Below, piece by piece: positions 9,548 through 17,687 of a stretch of DNA of 64,000 nt. This DNA comes from an uncultured Gammaproteobacteria bacterium. GTDB lineage: Bacteria; Patescibacteriota; Microgenomatia; Levybacterales; UBA12049. The stretch is taken from assembly GCA_964474445.1 (NCBI GenBank), contig CAYYSJ010000006.1:14213-78212 (forward strand), written 5' to 3'. How positions within the stretch are numbered: position 1 is the first letter of the stretch; every line of letters begins with the position of its first letter. Under the pieces are notes generated by a model. The model did not search any database. It was not told the DNA's origin and worked only from the letters and a program-made list of their open reading frames with translations. The position numbers were made by a program, and so were the translations under genes.

Positions 9548-9889
9548 ATGAAATTACTTGCATTGACAGTTGGTGGAGGTTCATCAGGAGAACCAACATT
9601 TACAATACAACCGCCCTCTGATCTTCTAGATGTTAGCAATCTTACATTAGATAGACTTATTCATAACGGTATTACTTTGCTTCTTTATGTAATTATTCTT
9701 CTTAGCTTTATTTTTGTTGTTATTGCTGGACTCAAATGGATACTTTCCCAAGGAGATAAGAAAGGGGTTGAAGAAGCGCGAAAAACATTAACATTTGCGA
9801 TAGGAGGACTCGTTCTCGCTTTTCTTTCATTCTTTATTATTAATCTTATTGGATATGCACTCGGTGGCATCCCCTTACTTGGCAGGTAG
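9548..9889 (+). CDS. VirB2/TrbC-like pilin-family small membrane protein (paralogue 2)
   Basis: Core GLKWILSQGDKKGVEEARKTLTFAIGGLVLAFLSFFII; two hydrophobic helices flanking a charged loop. Confidence 0.55.
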   Translation: MKLLALTVGGGSSGEPTFTIQPPSDLLDVSNLTLDRLIHNGITLLLYVIILLSFIFVVIAGLKWILSQGDKKGVEEARKTLTFAIGGLVLAFLSFFIINLIGYALGGIPLLGR

Positions 9890-9934
9890 ACACTTGACAA
9901 GGAGTAAAAATACCCATACGATAAAGATAATTCT

Positions 9935-10330
9935 ATGAAGCACTTAGCAACGTTTTTCCTTCCTTTTGTATCATTGGTCATTGTGCCACAAGCCTTTGCA
10001 GATGTTACTGTTAACACATGCCCCCCTGGAAACTTTAATGCGTTATGTTTAAATGCAACTGATTTAGGGAGAGTTATTGGGAATGGAATTAACTTTTTGT
10101 TTGTTGTTGCAGCACTTCTAGCATTTGGATTTCTTGTTCTAGGAGGAATTAAATGGCTTACTTCTCAAGGAGAAAAAGAAGGGATTAATAAAGCTCGAGA
10201 GACAATTGTTGCAGCAGTGGTGGGATTGATTATAATTTTTCTCTCCTACCTCATTGTTAACTTTATCCTTAATCTCTTTGTTGGAGTAAGTCTTTTCAAT
10301 CTTACTCTCCCAACTATTACCGGACATTAA
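9935..10330 (+). CDS. VirB2/TrbC-like pilin-family small membrane protein (paralogue 3)
   Basis: Signal peptide ...VPQAFA; core GIKWLTSQGEKEGINKARETIVAAVVGLIIIFLSYLIV. Confidence 0.55.
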   Translation: MKHLATFFLPFVSLVIVPQAFADVTVNTCPPGNFNALCLNATDLGRVIGNGINFLFVVAALLAFGFLVLGGIKWLTSQGEKEGINKARETIVAAVVGLIIIFLSYLIVNFILNLFVGVSLFNLTLPTITGH

Positions 10331-10351
10331 TCTTTGTAGCAACTAGCTCCA

Positions 10352-10690
10352 TTGCCTTTTTTTATACTCTTTGTTACGCTTTATCATATGTGGGGAACTT
10401 GTATAGTAAATGGCATTCCAACAATACAATGTATTTTCCCTCTCGTAAACATTATTATTAATGCAGCTCTTGGCCTTGTCGGCACTGTTGCAGTGCTCCT
10501 TATCCTTTATGCGTCTATCAAATACATTACTTCTGGAGGCGGAAAAAGCGCAGAAGAGGCAAAAAATATTCTTACCTATGCAATCGTTGGTCTTATTGTT
10601 GTTTTGGGTTCATTTTTTATTGTCAGGCTTATCGCTGGATTCACAGGTGTAGAATGCATCAATACATTTAGTTTCTTCAGTTGTCAATGA
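10352..10690 (+). CDS. VirB2/TrbC-like pilin-family small membrane protein (paralogue 4); start uncertain (TTG 10352 or ATG 10388)
   Basis: Core IKYITSGGGKSAEEAKNILTYAIVGLIVVLGSFFIV. Confidence 0.5.
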   Translation: MPFFILFVTLYHMWGTCIVNGIPTIQCIFPLVNIIINAALGLVGTVAVLLILYASIKYITSGGGKSAEEAKNILTYAIVGLIVVLGSFFIVRLIAGFTGVECINTFSFFSCQ

Positions 10691-11358
10691 CTACGATGAA
10701 GTCTCAATAAACCCTTCGTCATTCCTAACGTTAGGATATCAATAAAGATAGCAATCCCCAAATACCAGATCATTGACGAAAAAAGCAAATTCACAGAAGG
10801 AATTCCAACCCACCCTTGAATATAATTCCAAACATTCACTTTTAAAAAATACAAAAAAACAACAAGGACTATACAAATTGCTAAAAGACCTAAGGCTCCT
10901 TCCATGTCCTTTTTGCTCGAAAACATGGTATTACTTATTTCAAAAACGGCATACAGCAAGAGAAGTGTTTGCCCTGAGATAAGCTTGAGGTGTGGAAGAA
11001 AAAACCAAAAAAGAAGAAACAACATCGAAAGGCCAACAAGAAGTGGAGCAACACCAATAAGAAAACGCCTGAATGGATCTGTAGAGGCAATTGCAACACT
11101 GCCCATTTTCACCTCAGTACCTCGTATTTCAGGTAAAAATTCTATTTCTCCTGTAGGGACAAAAAGAATGCTTGCCGTCAAAAAATGAGAAAGCTCATGA
11201 ACGATAACCCCTGGTAAAAAAAGAATAGATAATAGCTGGATTACAATAGTCTGGTGTTTAAACATGTGGTAGAGCCATACAGACAAAAATTTTGTAAGCT
11301 GTTGGGAAAGAAGAAAAAGCACCACAAGCTCAACAAGAAAAATCCCTAGTATATACAT
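10684..11358 (-). CDS. Polytopic membrane protein with an intramembrane HExxH motif, putative zinc metallopeptidase
   Basis: VIVHELSHFLTASILFV lies within a hydrophobic helix; six or more predicted TM segments; convergent with the pilin array. Confidence 0.5.
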   Translation of the reverse strand: MYILGIFLVELVVLFLLSQQLTKFLSVWLYHMFKHQTIVIQLLSILFLPGVIVHELSHFLTASILFVPTGEIEFLPEIRGTEVKMGSVAIASTDPFRRFLIGVAPLLVGLSMLFLLFWFFLPHLKLISGQTLLLLYAVFEISNTMFSSKKDMEGALGLLAICIVLVVFLYFLKVNVWNYIQGWVGIPSVNLLFSSMIWYLGIAIFIDILTLGMTKGLLRLHRSH

Positions 11359-11483
11359 ACTCTTAGTATACTACCAACATTATTTAAGAAGGTAGGTTTC
11401 TGTTTTCACAAGATTTTTATGCCTAAGGCTGATCTATTTTGTAGGGGTTGCAATGAGATTTTTCACATAGTACGCTTTTGTAT

Positions 11484-12629
11484 ATGGATAATCACCCAAT
11501 CCCCCAAGATGTTACAAACTTCCAATTTCGTCTTATCGGAGATATGACAATAAAGCAGTTTGCTTACCTTGCTGCAGGTGTTGGTTCTGCTTGGATTCTC
11601 TTTGTTCTGCCTCTATCTTTTTTTATAAAATTTCCGCTCGTTGCTTTTTTAGGAGGGGGAGGTATTTTTTTGGCGTTTGTGCCTATTGAGGGGAGACCAG
11701 CAGATGCTATGATGTTATTCTTTTTAAAATCTCTTTTCTCCCCTACTCAATATATTTATCGACAATCTGGTGGTTCTTTTCCAACAACACCTGCTCCTCA
11801 GGACGAGAAGACTACGGTAAAACAGGAAGAGACAAAAGAGGAGAAAAAAGATGAGAAGGATGGAAAAATTCATTTAGAAGCATCGCCTACTCCTCTTGCA
11901 CAAACTGTGCTGCAACCATCACCGGTTGTTGAAGAAAAGAAAGAAGCTATAGAACAACCAGTAGCGACACCTCTTTCTGATGTTTCAACAGAAGAGACAT
12001 CGGCACAAGAGCTTGGGAAAGAAGCTGCAGAACTGGTAAAAGAACTTCAGGACGCAAAGAAGGAAGAGATACAAGCACAAGAAGGATCAAAAGAAGCAAC
12101 TGTTGCTCATGAAAAAGTGGCACAACTTGAAGATGAACTACAAACAATTCTTAAACAAAAACAAGAATTAGAAAAACAGCTTCTTGAACTAGAGAAGCAA
12201 CTAGCAGAAAAGAAACAACAGGTATTTACACCAAGCGCAGCACAAGATCAACCACAACAGACATCTCACGTTATTAAAGTCGCACCCAACCAACAAGCAT
12301 CAGTTGGTACGCCACTCACCAACGATGTCCCTAATCTGATCTCAGGTGTTGTAAAAGATCCTCGGGGGAATGTTTTGCCAAATATTCTTATCGAAGTAAA
12401 AGACAAGGATGGCAACCCCGTCCGTGCATTTAAGACAAATGGACTTGGTCAATTTGCTTCAGCAACCCCTGTTATCAGTGGCGTATATACCATTACCTTT
12501 GAAGACCCACAAGGCAAGCATCGCTTCGATGCTGTTGAGATAACTGCAAACGGGACAGTACTCCCACAACTGGAAGTTATCTCTGTTGACCAACGAGAAG
12601 AACTTCGACGTGAGTTATTTGGAGGATAA
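11484..12629 (+). CDS. PrgI/VirB3-like T4SS membrane protein with a long coiled-coil and a C-terminal beta-sandwich-like extension
   Basis: N-terminal FQFRLIGDMTIKQFAYLAAGVGSAWILFVLPL...GRPADAMMLFFLKSL resembles a PrgI-family TM hairpin; then an E/K/Q-rich coiled coil; C-terminus GVVKDPRGNVLPNILIEVKDKDGNPVRAFKTNGLGQFA. ATG at 11484. Confidence 0.5.
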   Translation: MDNHPIPQDVTNFQFRLIGDMTIKQFAYLAAGVGSAWILFVLPLSFFIKFPLVAFLGGGGIFLAFVPIEGRPADAMMLFFLKSLFSPTQYIYRQSGGSFPTTPAPQDEKTTVKQEETKEEKKDEKDGKIHLEASPTPLAQTVLQPSPVVEEKKEAIEQPVATPLSDVSTEETSAQELGKEAAELVKELQDAKKEEIQAQEGSKEATVAHEKVAQLEDELQTILKQKQELEKQLLELEKQLAEKKQQVFTPSAAQDQPQQTSHVIKVAPNQQASVGTPLTNDVPNLISGVVKDPRGNVLPNILIEVKDKDGNPVRAFKTNGLGQFASATPVISGVYTITFEDPQGKHRFDAVEITANGTVLPQLEVISVDQREELRRELFGG

Positions 12630-12631
12630 TC

Positions 12632-13288
12632 ATGAAACAACCTGCCCGACAAGCATCCACGCAACATTTTACAGAAGTCTTGGATATACACGATGAGATC
12701 GTTCTTCTCTCTGGAGGGAATGCGTGTATCATTGTGGAGGTTCAAGCTGTTAATTTTGCATTATTATCTGCTGAAGAACAGGATGCAAAAGTTTTTGGGT
12801 ACGCAGCACTACTTAATTCTCTTTCTTTCCCTGTTCAGATACTTATGAGAAGTAAAAAAATTGATATTATGCCATATATCAATTCACTTGCTGATGCGGC
12901 AACAAAAACAACGAATCCGAAACTTGCTGAGAATATTAATAAATATAAAGAATTTGTGAAACAATTGGTAACAACTGCAGTTGTTCTCGATAAAAAGTTC
13001 TATATGGTTCTCTCCTATTCTATGCTTGAGGAAGGAGTTGGAAGTATTACCAAGATTGCAAAAAACACTCCTTCTGATATGGATGATTTTTTTGTGAAAG
13101 CAAAGGCAGCCTTGCATACGAAAGCAGAGTCGCTCCTCTCTCAAATAGATAGAATGGCTCTTCGTGCAAAGATAGTAGAAAAAGATGCTCTTATTAACTT
13201 ATTTCACGATATGTTTAATGAGGAAGGAAGCCGTGCAAAGATACATGAAAGCCATGCTGTAACGGCAACCAAAGGAGGTGTTCACTAA
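12632..13288 (+). CDS. Hypothetical protein translationally coupled to VirB4; resembles a VirB4 N-terminal domain
   Basis: RBS GGAGGA then ATG; stop overlaps the VirB4 start (TAATG); segment ILLSGGNACIIVEVQAVNFALLSAEEQDAKVFGYAALLNSLSFPVQILMRS. Confidence 0.4.
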   Translation: MKQPARQASTQHFTEVLDIHDEIVLLSGGNACIIVEVQAVNFALLSAEEQDAKVFGYAALLNSLSFPVQILMRSKKIDIMPYINSLADAATKTTNPKLAENINKYKEFVKQLVTTAVVLDKKFYMVLSYSMLEEGVGSITKIAKNTPSDMDDFFVKAKAALHTKAESLLSQIDRMALRAKIVEKDALINLFHDMFNEEGSRAKIHESHAVTATKGGVH

Positions 13289-15114
13289 TGTTTGGGAAGA
13301 AAAACCCTTCTGCTCAACAAGTAGAGCAACCTCAACAAAATCTGTTAGAGAAAGGCATGCAGTCAATCCCTGATATTATTGCACCCTCATCTGTTGAGGT
13401 AGATTTTAAGTCAATCCGTGTTGGGGAACGATTTTATCGGACCTTTTTTATTGTTGGCTATCCTCGTTATGTATCAACAGGGTGGCTTTCCCCTGTCATT
13501 GATTTTGACCACTCTCTTGACATTAGCATGTTTATTTACCCAGTCTTTACTGATGACGTCTTATCTAATTTGAAGAGGAAAATTGCCGAAATGGAGGCAA
13601 CAATTTCTTCCGATGAAGAGAAGGGCAAGCCAGTAAATCCAAAAATTAACGCAGCGCTGAATGATGCATATGGACTCCAAAACGAATTAGCAAAAGGCAT
13701 TGAACGTTTTTTCCAATTTAGTCTCTATGTCGCTCTCTCTTCGGATGACAAAAAGGATTTAGAGGAAACGACAAAAAAACTTACCAGTACTCTCGCTTCG
13801 CTTTTAGTAACACCGAAGATAGCAACGCTTCAGATGGAAGACGGGTTTAAGACAATACTCCCTATTGGGCAAGATAGACTTTTCATCACGAGAAATATGG
13901 ATACATCCTCACTTGCTTCAACATTCCCCTTTACCTCCGCAACCCTAACACAAGATAAAGGGATTCTTTACGGAGTTAATCAACAAAACGGATCCTTAGT
14001 CGTTTTTGACAGATATTCTTTAGAAAACGCTAACAGTGTTATTTTTGGAAAATCAGGTTCAGGAAAATCATTCATGATTAAGCTTGAAATTATGCGCCAA
14101 TTCATGTTTGGGACAGAGGTTATTGTTATTGATCCTGAAAACGAATACGGAAAATTAGCACAAACGTTGGGAGGGGAATATCTGAACTTTTCAGCAATCT
14201 CTCCTATAAAGATAAACCCTTTTGATTTGGCAGGCGTCTATGAAGAAGGAGAGAACGAACTTGGAACAAAAATTATTTCACTTCGAGCGCTATTGAAAAT
14301 AATGCTTGGCAACATCACCCCAGCGGAGGATGCAATCTTAGATAGAGCCCTGGTAGCAACTTACTCTGAAAAGGGCATTACAGCAGATCCTGCAACGCAA
14401 TCTAAAACTCCACCTATTTTGGAGGATTTATACAAAGTACTCAAAACGATGCAAGATCAGATAGCTCAAGGACTAGCACTTCGTTTGGAGAAATATGTTA
14501 CCGGGAGTCTTGCAGGACTTTTCAACCAACAATCAAATTTTGACATTAAAAATCCACTCACAGTCTTTGCTTTAAGAGATCTAGAGGATGAAGTACGACC
14601 AATTGCCATGCATATTATCCTAGACTTTGTCTGGACACGTGTTCGAAAGACTTTGAAGAAGCGTCTTCTTATCGTGGATGAAGCATGGTATTTAATGAAA
14701 CATGAAGATTCCGCATCATTTATTTACGGCATTGCTAAACGCGCTCGTAAATACTATCTAGGACTCACTACCGCGACCCAGGACGTGCAGGATTTCCTTT
14801 CGAGTGATTATGGTCATGCTATCCTTTCGAACTCCTCTGTTCAAATTCTACTCAAGCAGAGTACTTCAGAAATAGAAACAGTTGCGACCACTTTTTATCT
14901 TTCAGAGGGTGAAAGGCAAATGCTTATTTCAGCTGGTGTTGGCCAAGGACTTTTTTTTGCTGGACAAAGTCATGTTGCCATACAAGTTGTTGCAGCACCA
15001 TTTGAGCATGAGATCATCACATCAAATCCTGCAGAACTACAAAGGCAACAAGAACAAACTTCTAATCAAACACAACCGGTTACAACTCCGCCTAATGCAA
15101 GAGGCATTCAATAA
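13288..15114 (+). CDS. VirB4/TrbE/TraC-family T4SS ATPase, Gram-positive (PrgJ/TrsE) type
   Basis: Walker A GKSGSGKSFMIK, Walker B RLLIVDEAWYLM, DPENEYGKLA, ATTFYLSEGE; RBS AAAGGAGGTG upstream. Confidence 0.85.
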   Translation: MFGKKNPSAQQVEQPQQNLLEKGMQSIPDIIAPSSVEVDFKSIRVGERFYRTFFIVGYPRYVSTGWLSPVIDFDHSLDISMFIYPVFTDDVLSNLKRKIAEMEATISSDEEKGKPVNPKINAALNDAYGLQNELAKGIERFFQFSLYVALSSDDKKDLEETTKKLTSTLASLLVTPKIATLQMEDGFKTILPIGQDRLFITRNMDTSSLASTFPFTSATLTQDKGILYGVNQQNGSLVVFDRYSLENANSVIFGKSGSGKSFMIKLEIMRQFMFGTEVIVIDPENEYGKLAQTLGGEYLNFSAISPIKINPFDLAGVYEEGENELGTKIISLRALLKIMLGNITPAEDAILDRALVATYSEKGITADPATQSKTPPILEDLYKVLKTMQDQIAQGLALRLEKYVTGSLAGLFNQQSNFDIKNPLTVFALRDLEDEVRPIAMHIILDFVWTRVRKTLKKRLLIVDEAWYLMKHEDSASFIYGIAKRARKYYLGLTTATQDVQDFLSSDYGHAILSNSSVQILLKQSTSEIETVATTFYLSEGERQMLISAGVGQGLFFAGQSHVAIQVVAAPFEHEIITSNPAELQRQQEQTSNQTQPVTTPPNARGIQ

Positions 15115-15131
15115 CGATATACTAATTGTAT

Positions 15132-16946
15132 ATGACTACCAACGTGGGGGAAGAAACTGCCTTTGCAAGATTTAGAAGGTTTTTGCTGGAAAAGGAAGGA
15201 GAAAAGAACGAACTTGAAACTGCTATCCAAACGGCAAATACAGAAGATCTTGGGAAAATCGCATACAATAAGGCGCATCAGTATTCTCAGCAAGGCTTAA
15301 TAGATCCTAAAACACTTGATGCCATTCAACAAACTGCTCCAGTAATTAATCCCGAACCTTTTGAACAACCCATCCCAACAATCCCTCCTGAAAAAGGACG
15401 TTCTGCTGACAATTCTTCTGACAAAAAACGCCATAGGAGTGAAAAAGCTCTTTCAAAAACTCCTGGTATACACACCCTTATTATAAATCAGCAAAAGGAA
15501 GAGCTTTTAAAAAAATTCGATGAACTAGCAGCAAATCCTGATAATAAAGACCGACTCCTTGATGAGCTACTCGATAGGTTTGAGGCAAAAGCACTATTTG
15601 ATGACTATCATACAAAATTTATATCGTCAATTCAACAACTCCCTTCTTTCCAGAACCTTACGCACCAACAACAAGCTGACTTGCTAGAGAGACTTACCAA
15701 ACAACAGGAAGAGCTAAGAAAAAGAGATCCACTTGAAAAAGAAGCGGGAGAGATAAGAGCAATAAAAGAAGCAAAAAGAGGTGCTCTAAAGTCTAAGATC
15801 GAAGAGTTATTAGAAACTCAAGACAGAAAAAGAGCGCAAGAAACTTTTTCGTCTCTTGTTTCAACACGTCAAACTGTTCAAGGAGAACTCGTGAAAGAGA
15901 TATTTCAGCCATCTCAACCTATATGGAAATCACAAGATTTTTCTTTTGTTTTCGAACAGCTTTACAATCCCCCTCCTCGGTTCGTCATAGTTGCTACAGT
16001 AGCACAATCACCCATTACACACTCTCTTCAGGAGAGCTACGAGGACGTTGAAAGACCTCTCTCTACACCATCTGATAGTGTTCCAAGACAAGTAAGACAA
16101 CAAGGCAAACAACCATTATTCCCACAGACAAGGGAGTTTGTGAAAAACTTAGGCAAAAATCTAGGGAAAAAACTACGTAATAAGGCAGCAGCAGAGGTCG
16201 GAAAAGGACTTGTAGAAAAAGGTTTCTTACGATGGGCCTTTACTGCACCACCTTATTTAGGAGAGATAGTTCTTGGACTTATGGCTCTCTTTGCTCTTGT
16301 TATGTTCGTAATTATATTCTCCTCGAAAAAATTGAATTCGCCATCTAATAATCAAGATGTTGCCAATATCACCCTTGTTGCGACAACAATTCAACTATGC
16401 GAAAAGACACCACTAGGGTTTTGGCTTCCTCCCGCTCCAGTTTGTGCGCTCACTATTCTTGGTCTTAATATTCTTAGCCCTGGAGATCTATTAAACTTTG
16501 CGAGAGCAATTATTGCTGCATACCCTGATTTTCAATGCGGACAATTCATTTGGGCCGCGGAACGGTATATTTTGCATTGGCCTGTCTTCCCAGGAAATGT
16601 AAATAGCGTGTTCGAGTGGTATCTCATTGATCGTGCAACACATAGTTTGCCTGGGTACACCTGGATTAGTAATCCAGACCTTGCTTCTCATCGACCTGAT
16701 CCGGCAAATATTGCTGCTGGTGATATTATTTTATATGGAAGCACTGGCCATACTGATCCTGGACACATTGCAATCGTGATTGATTTACCAAAGGATAAGA
16801 ATGGGAATGTTGACCACTTCAATATTACCGTTTCTGAGGCGAATTATCATCATGGGGCAATAGACATCCGCCCGACAAATTTATTTGATGACCTTGGAAG
16901 AGGAGCAAATATACTAGGCTGGTGGAGACGAATCGCAACACAATAA
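15132..16946 (+). CDS. Membrane-anchored cell-wall hydrolase with a C-terminal CHAP (Cys/His amidohydrolase/peptidase) domain; VirB1-functional analogue
   Basis: TM helix YLGEIVLGLMALFALVMFVIIF; CHAP signature FQCGQFIWAAERY ... GDIILYGSTGHTDPGHIAIVIDL; ATG at 15132. Confidence 0.65.
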   Translation: MTTNVGEETAFARFRRFLLEKEGEKNELETAIQTANTEDLGKIAYNKAHQYSQQGLIDPKTLDAIQQTAPVINPEPFEQPIPTIPPEKGRSADNSSDKKRHRSEKALSKTPGIHTLIINQQKEELLKKFDELAANPDNKDRLLDELLDRFEAKALFDDYHTKFISSIQQLPSFQNLTHQQQADLLERLTKQQEELRKRDPLEKEAGEIRAIKEAKRGALKSKIEELLETQDRKRAQETFSSLVSTRQTVQGELVKEIFQPSQPIWKSQDFSFVFEQLYNPPPRFVIVATVAQSPITHSLQESYEDVERPLSTPSDSVPRQVRQQGKQPLFPQTREFVKNLGKNLGKKLRNKAAAEVGKGLVEKGFLRWAFTAPPYLGEIVLGLMALFALVMFVIIFSSKKLNSPSNNQDVANITLVATTIQLCEKTPLGFWLPPAPVCALTILGLNILSPGDLLNFARAIIAAYPDFQCGQFIWAAERYILHWPVFPGNVNSVFEWYLIDRATHSLPGYTWISNPDLASHRPDPANIAAGDIILYGSTGHTDPGHIAIVIDLPKDKNGNVDHFNITVSEANYHHGAIDIRPTNLFDDLGRGANILGWWRRIATQ

Positions 16947-16948
16947 CT

Positions 16949-17686
16949 ATGGATAAGAAACTTTTTATTATTGCTGGAGGAAGTACACTTCTTTTATTTT
17001 GTTTCTTTCTCCTTGTTTTCTTTCTCGCCAGTATAAAAGAAAAAAATGTTCATCCTCCGATTGAATCCCCAACCCCGACACCTGTAAAAAGTAGTCAATT
17101 TTTGCTTAATGGACCAAGCAGTACACAGCAAAGACCAGTCAAACTGTTATATTTTTCACCAGCAGATGGGGCACGAAATGTTTCCTCTCAACAAGAAATT
17201 GTTATCACATTTGATCAACCTGTCGCAACAGAAAGTGTCTCTTTTTCGATCTTTCCAGAATTGGATGTCCGTATTTCTTCTCGTCTAAACTCAATTATCA
17301 TTATACCAAATACCCCTTACCAGCCTAATATTATCTATACATACAGTCTATTCACCCCAGATAATACAAAAATAATTTCTGCTTCTTTCTCCTCAGGAAA
17401 TTCTCAAACTCCAATAAACCCATTAAAGGGGGATTATAAAAATACAGATTCACTCGGAGACAGTGCTCAACGAGAGAATTATCCTGATGTTTATTTAGCA
17501 AGCTTTACTCCGTATGATGGCACGAGTTTCTTTGTAAACAATGAGTTTGAGTCATCACCAAGCGGTCACTATATATTTGTGATGACGCAGAAATTACAGA
17601 CTGGAAAGAGTGATTTTTTTGATTGGTTGAAAAAGCTTGGTTTGACACAAAGTCAAATAGATCGCATTACTGTAACATATCAATAA
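16949..17686 (+). CDS. Hypothetical secreted/membrane-anchored protein
   Basis: N-terminal TM MDKKLFIIAGGSTLLLFCFFLLVFFLASI; S/T/P-rich; last gene of the cluster before dnaN. Confidence 0.45.
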   Translation: MDKKLFIIAGGSTLLLFCFFLLVFFLASIKEKNVHPPIESPTPTPVKSSQFLLNGPSSTQQRPVKLLYFSPADGARNVSSQQEIVITFDQPVATESVSFSIFPELDVRISSRLNSIIIIPNTPYQPNIIYTYSLFTPDNTKIISASFSSGNSQTPINPLKGDYKNTDSLGDSAQRENYPDVYLASFTPYDGTSFFVNNEFESSPSGHYIFVMTQKLQTGKSDFFDWLKKLGLTQSQIDRITVTYQ

Positions 17687-17687
17687 T

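Noticed and set aside
8946-10690. Pilin array as a DNA-level cassette or antigenic-variation system with repeated recombination sites
   Set aside because: I found no extended identical DNA repeats between the four genes; similarity is at protein-motif level only.
12632-15114. Possibility that 12632..13288 and 13288..15114 are one VirB4 split by a frameshift
   Set aside because: The 608-aa ORF begins with its own complete Gram-positive VirB4 N-domain and the junction is a clean TAATG overlap with separate RBSs, so two genes is more parsimonious.
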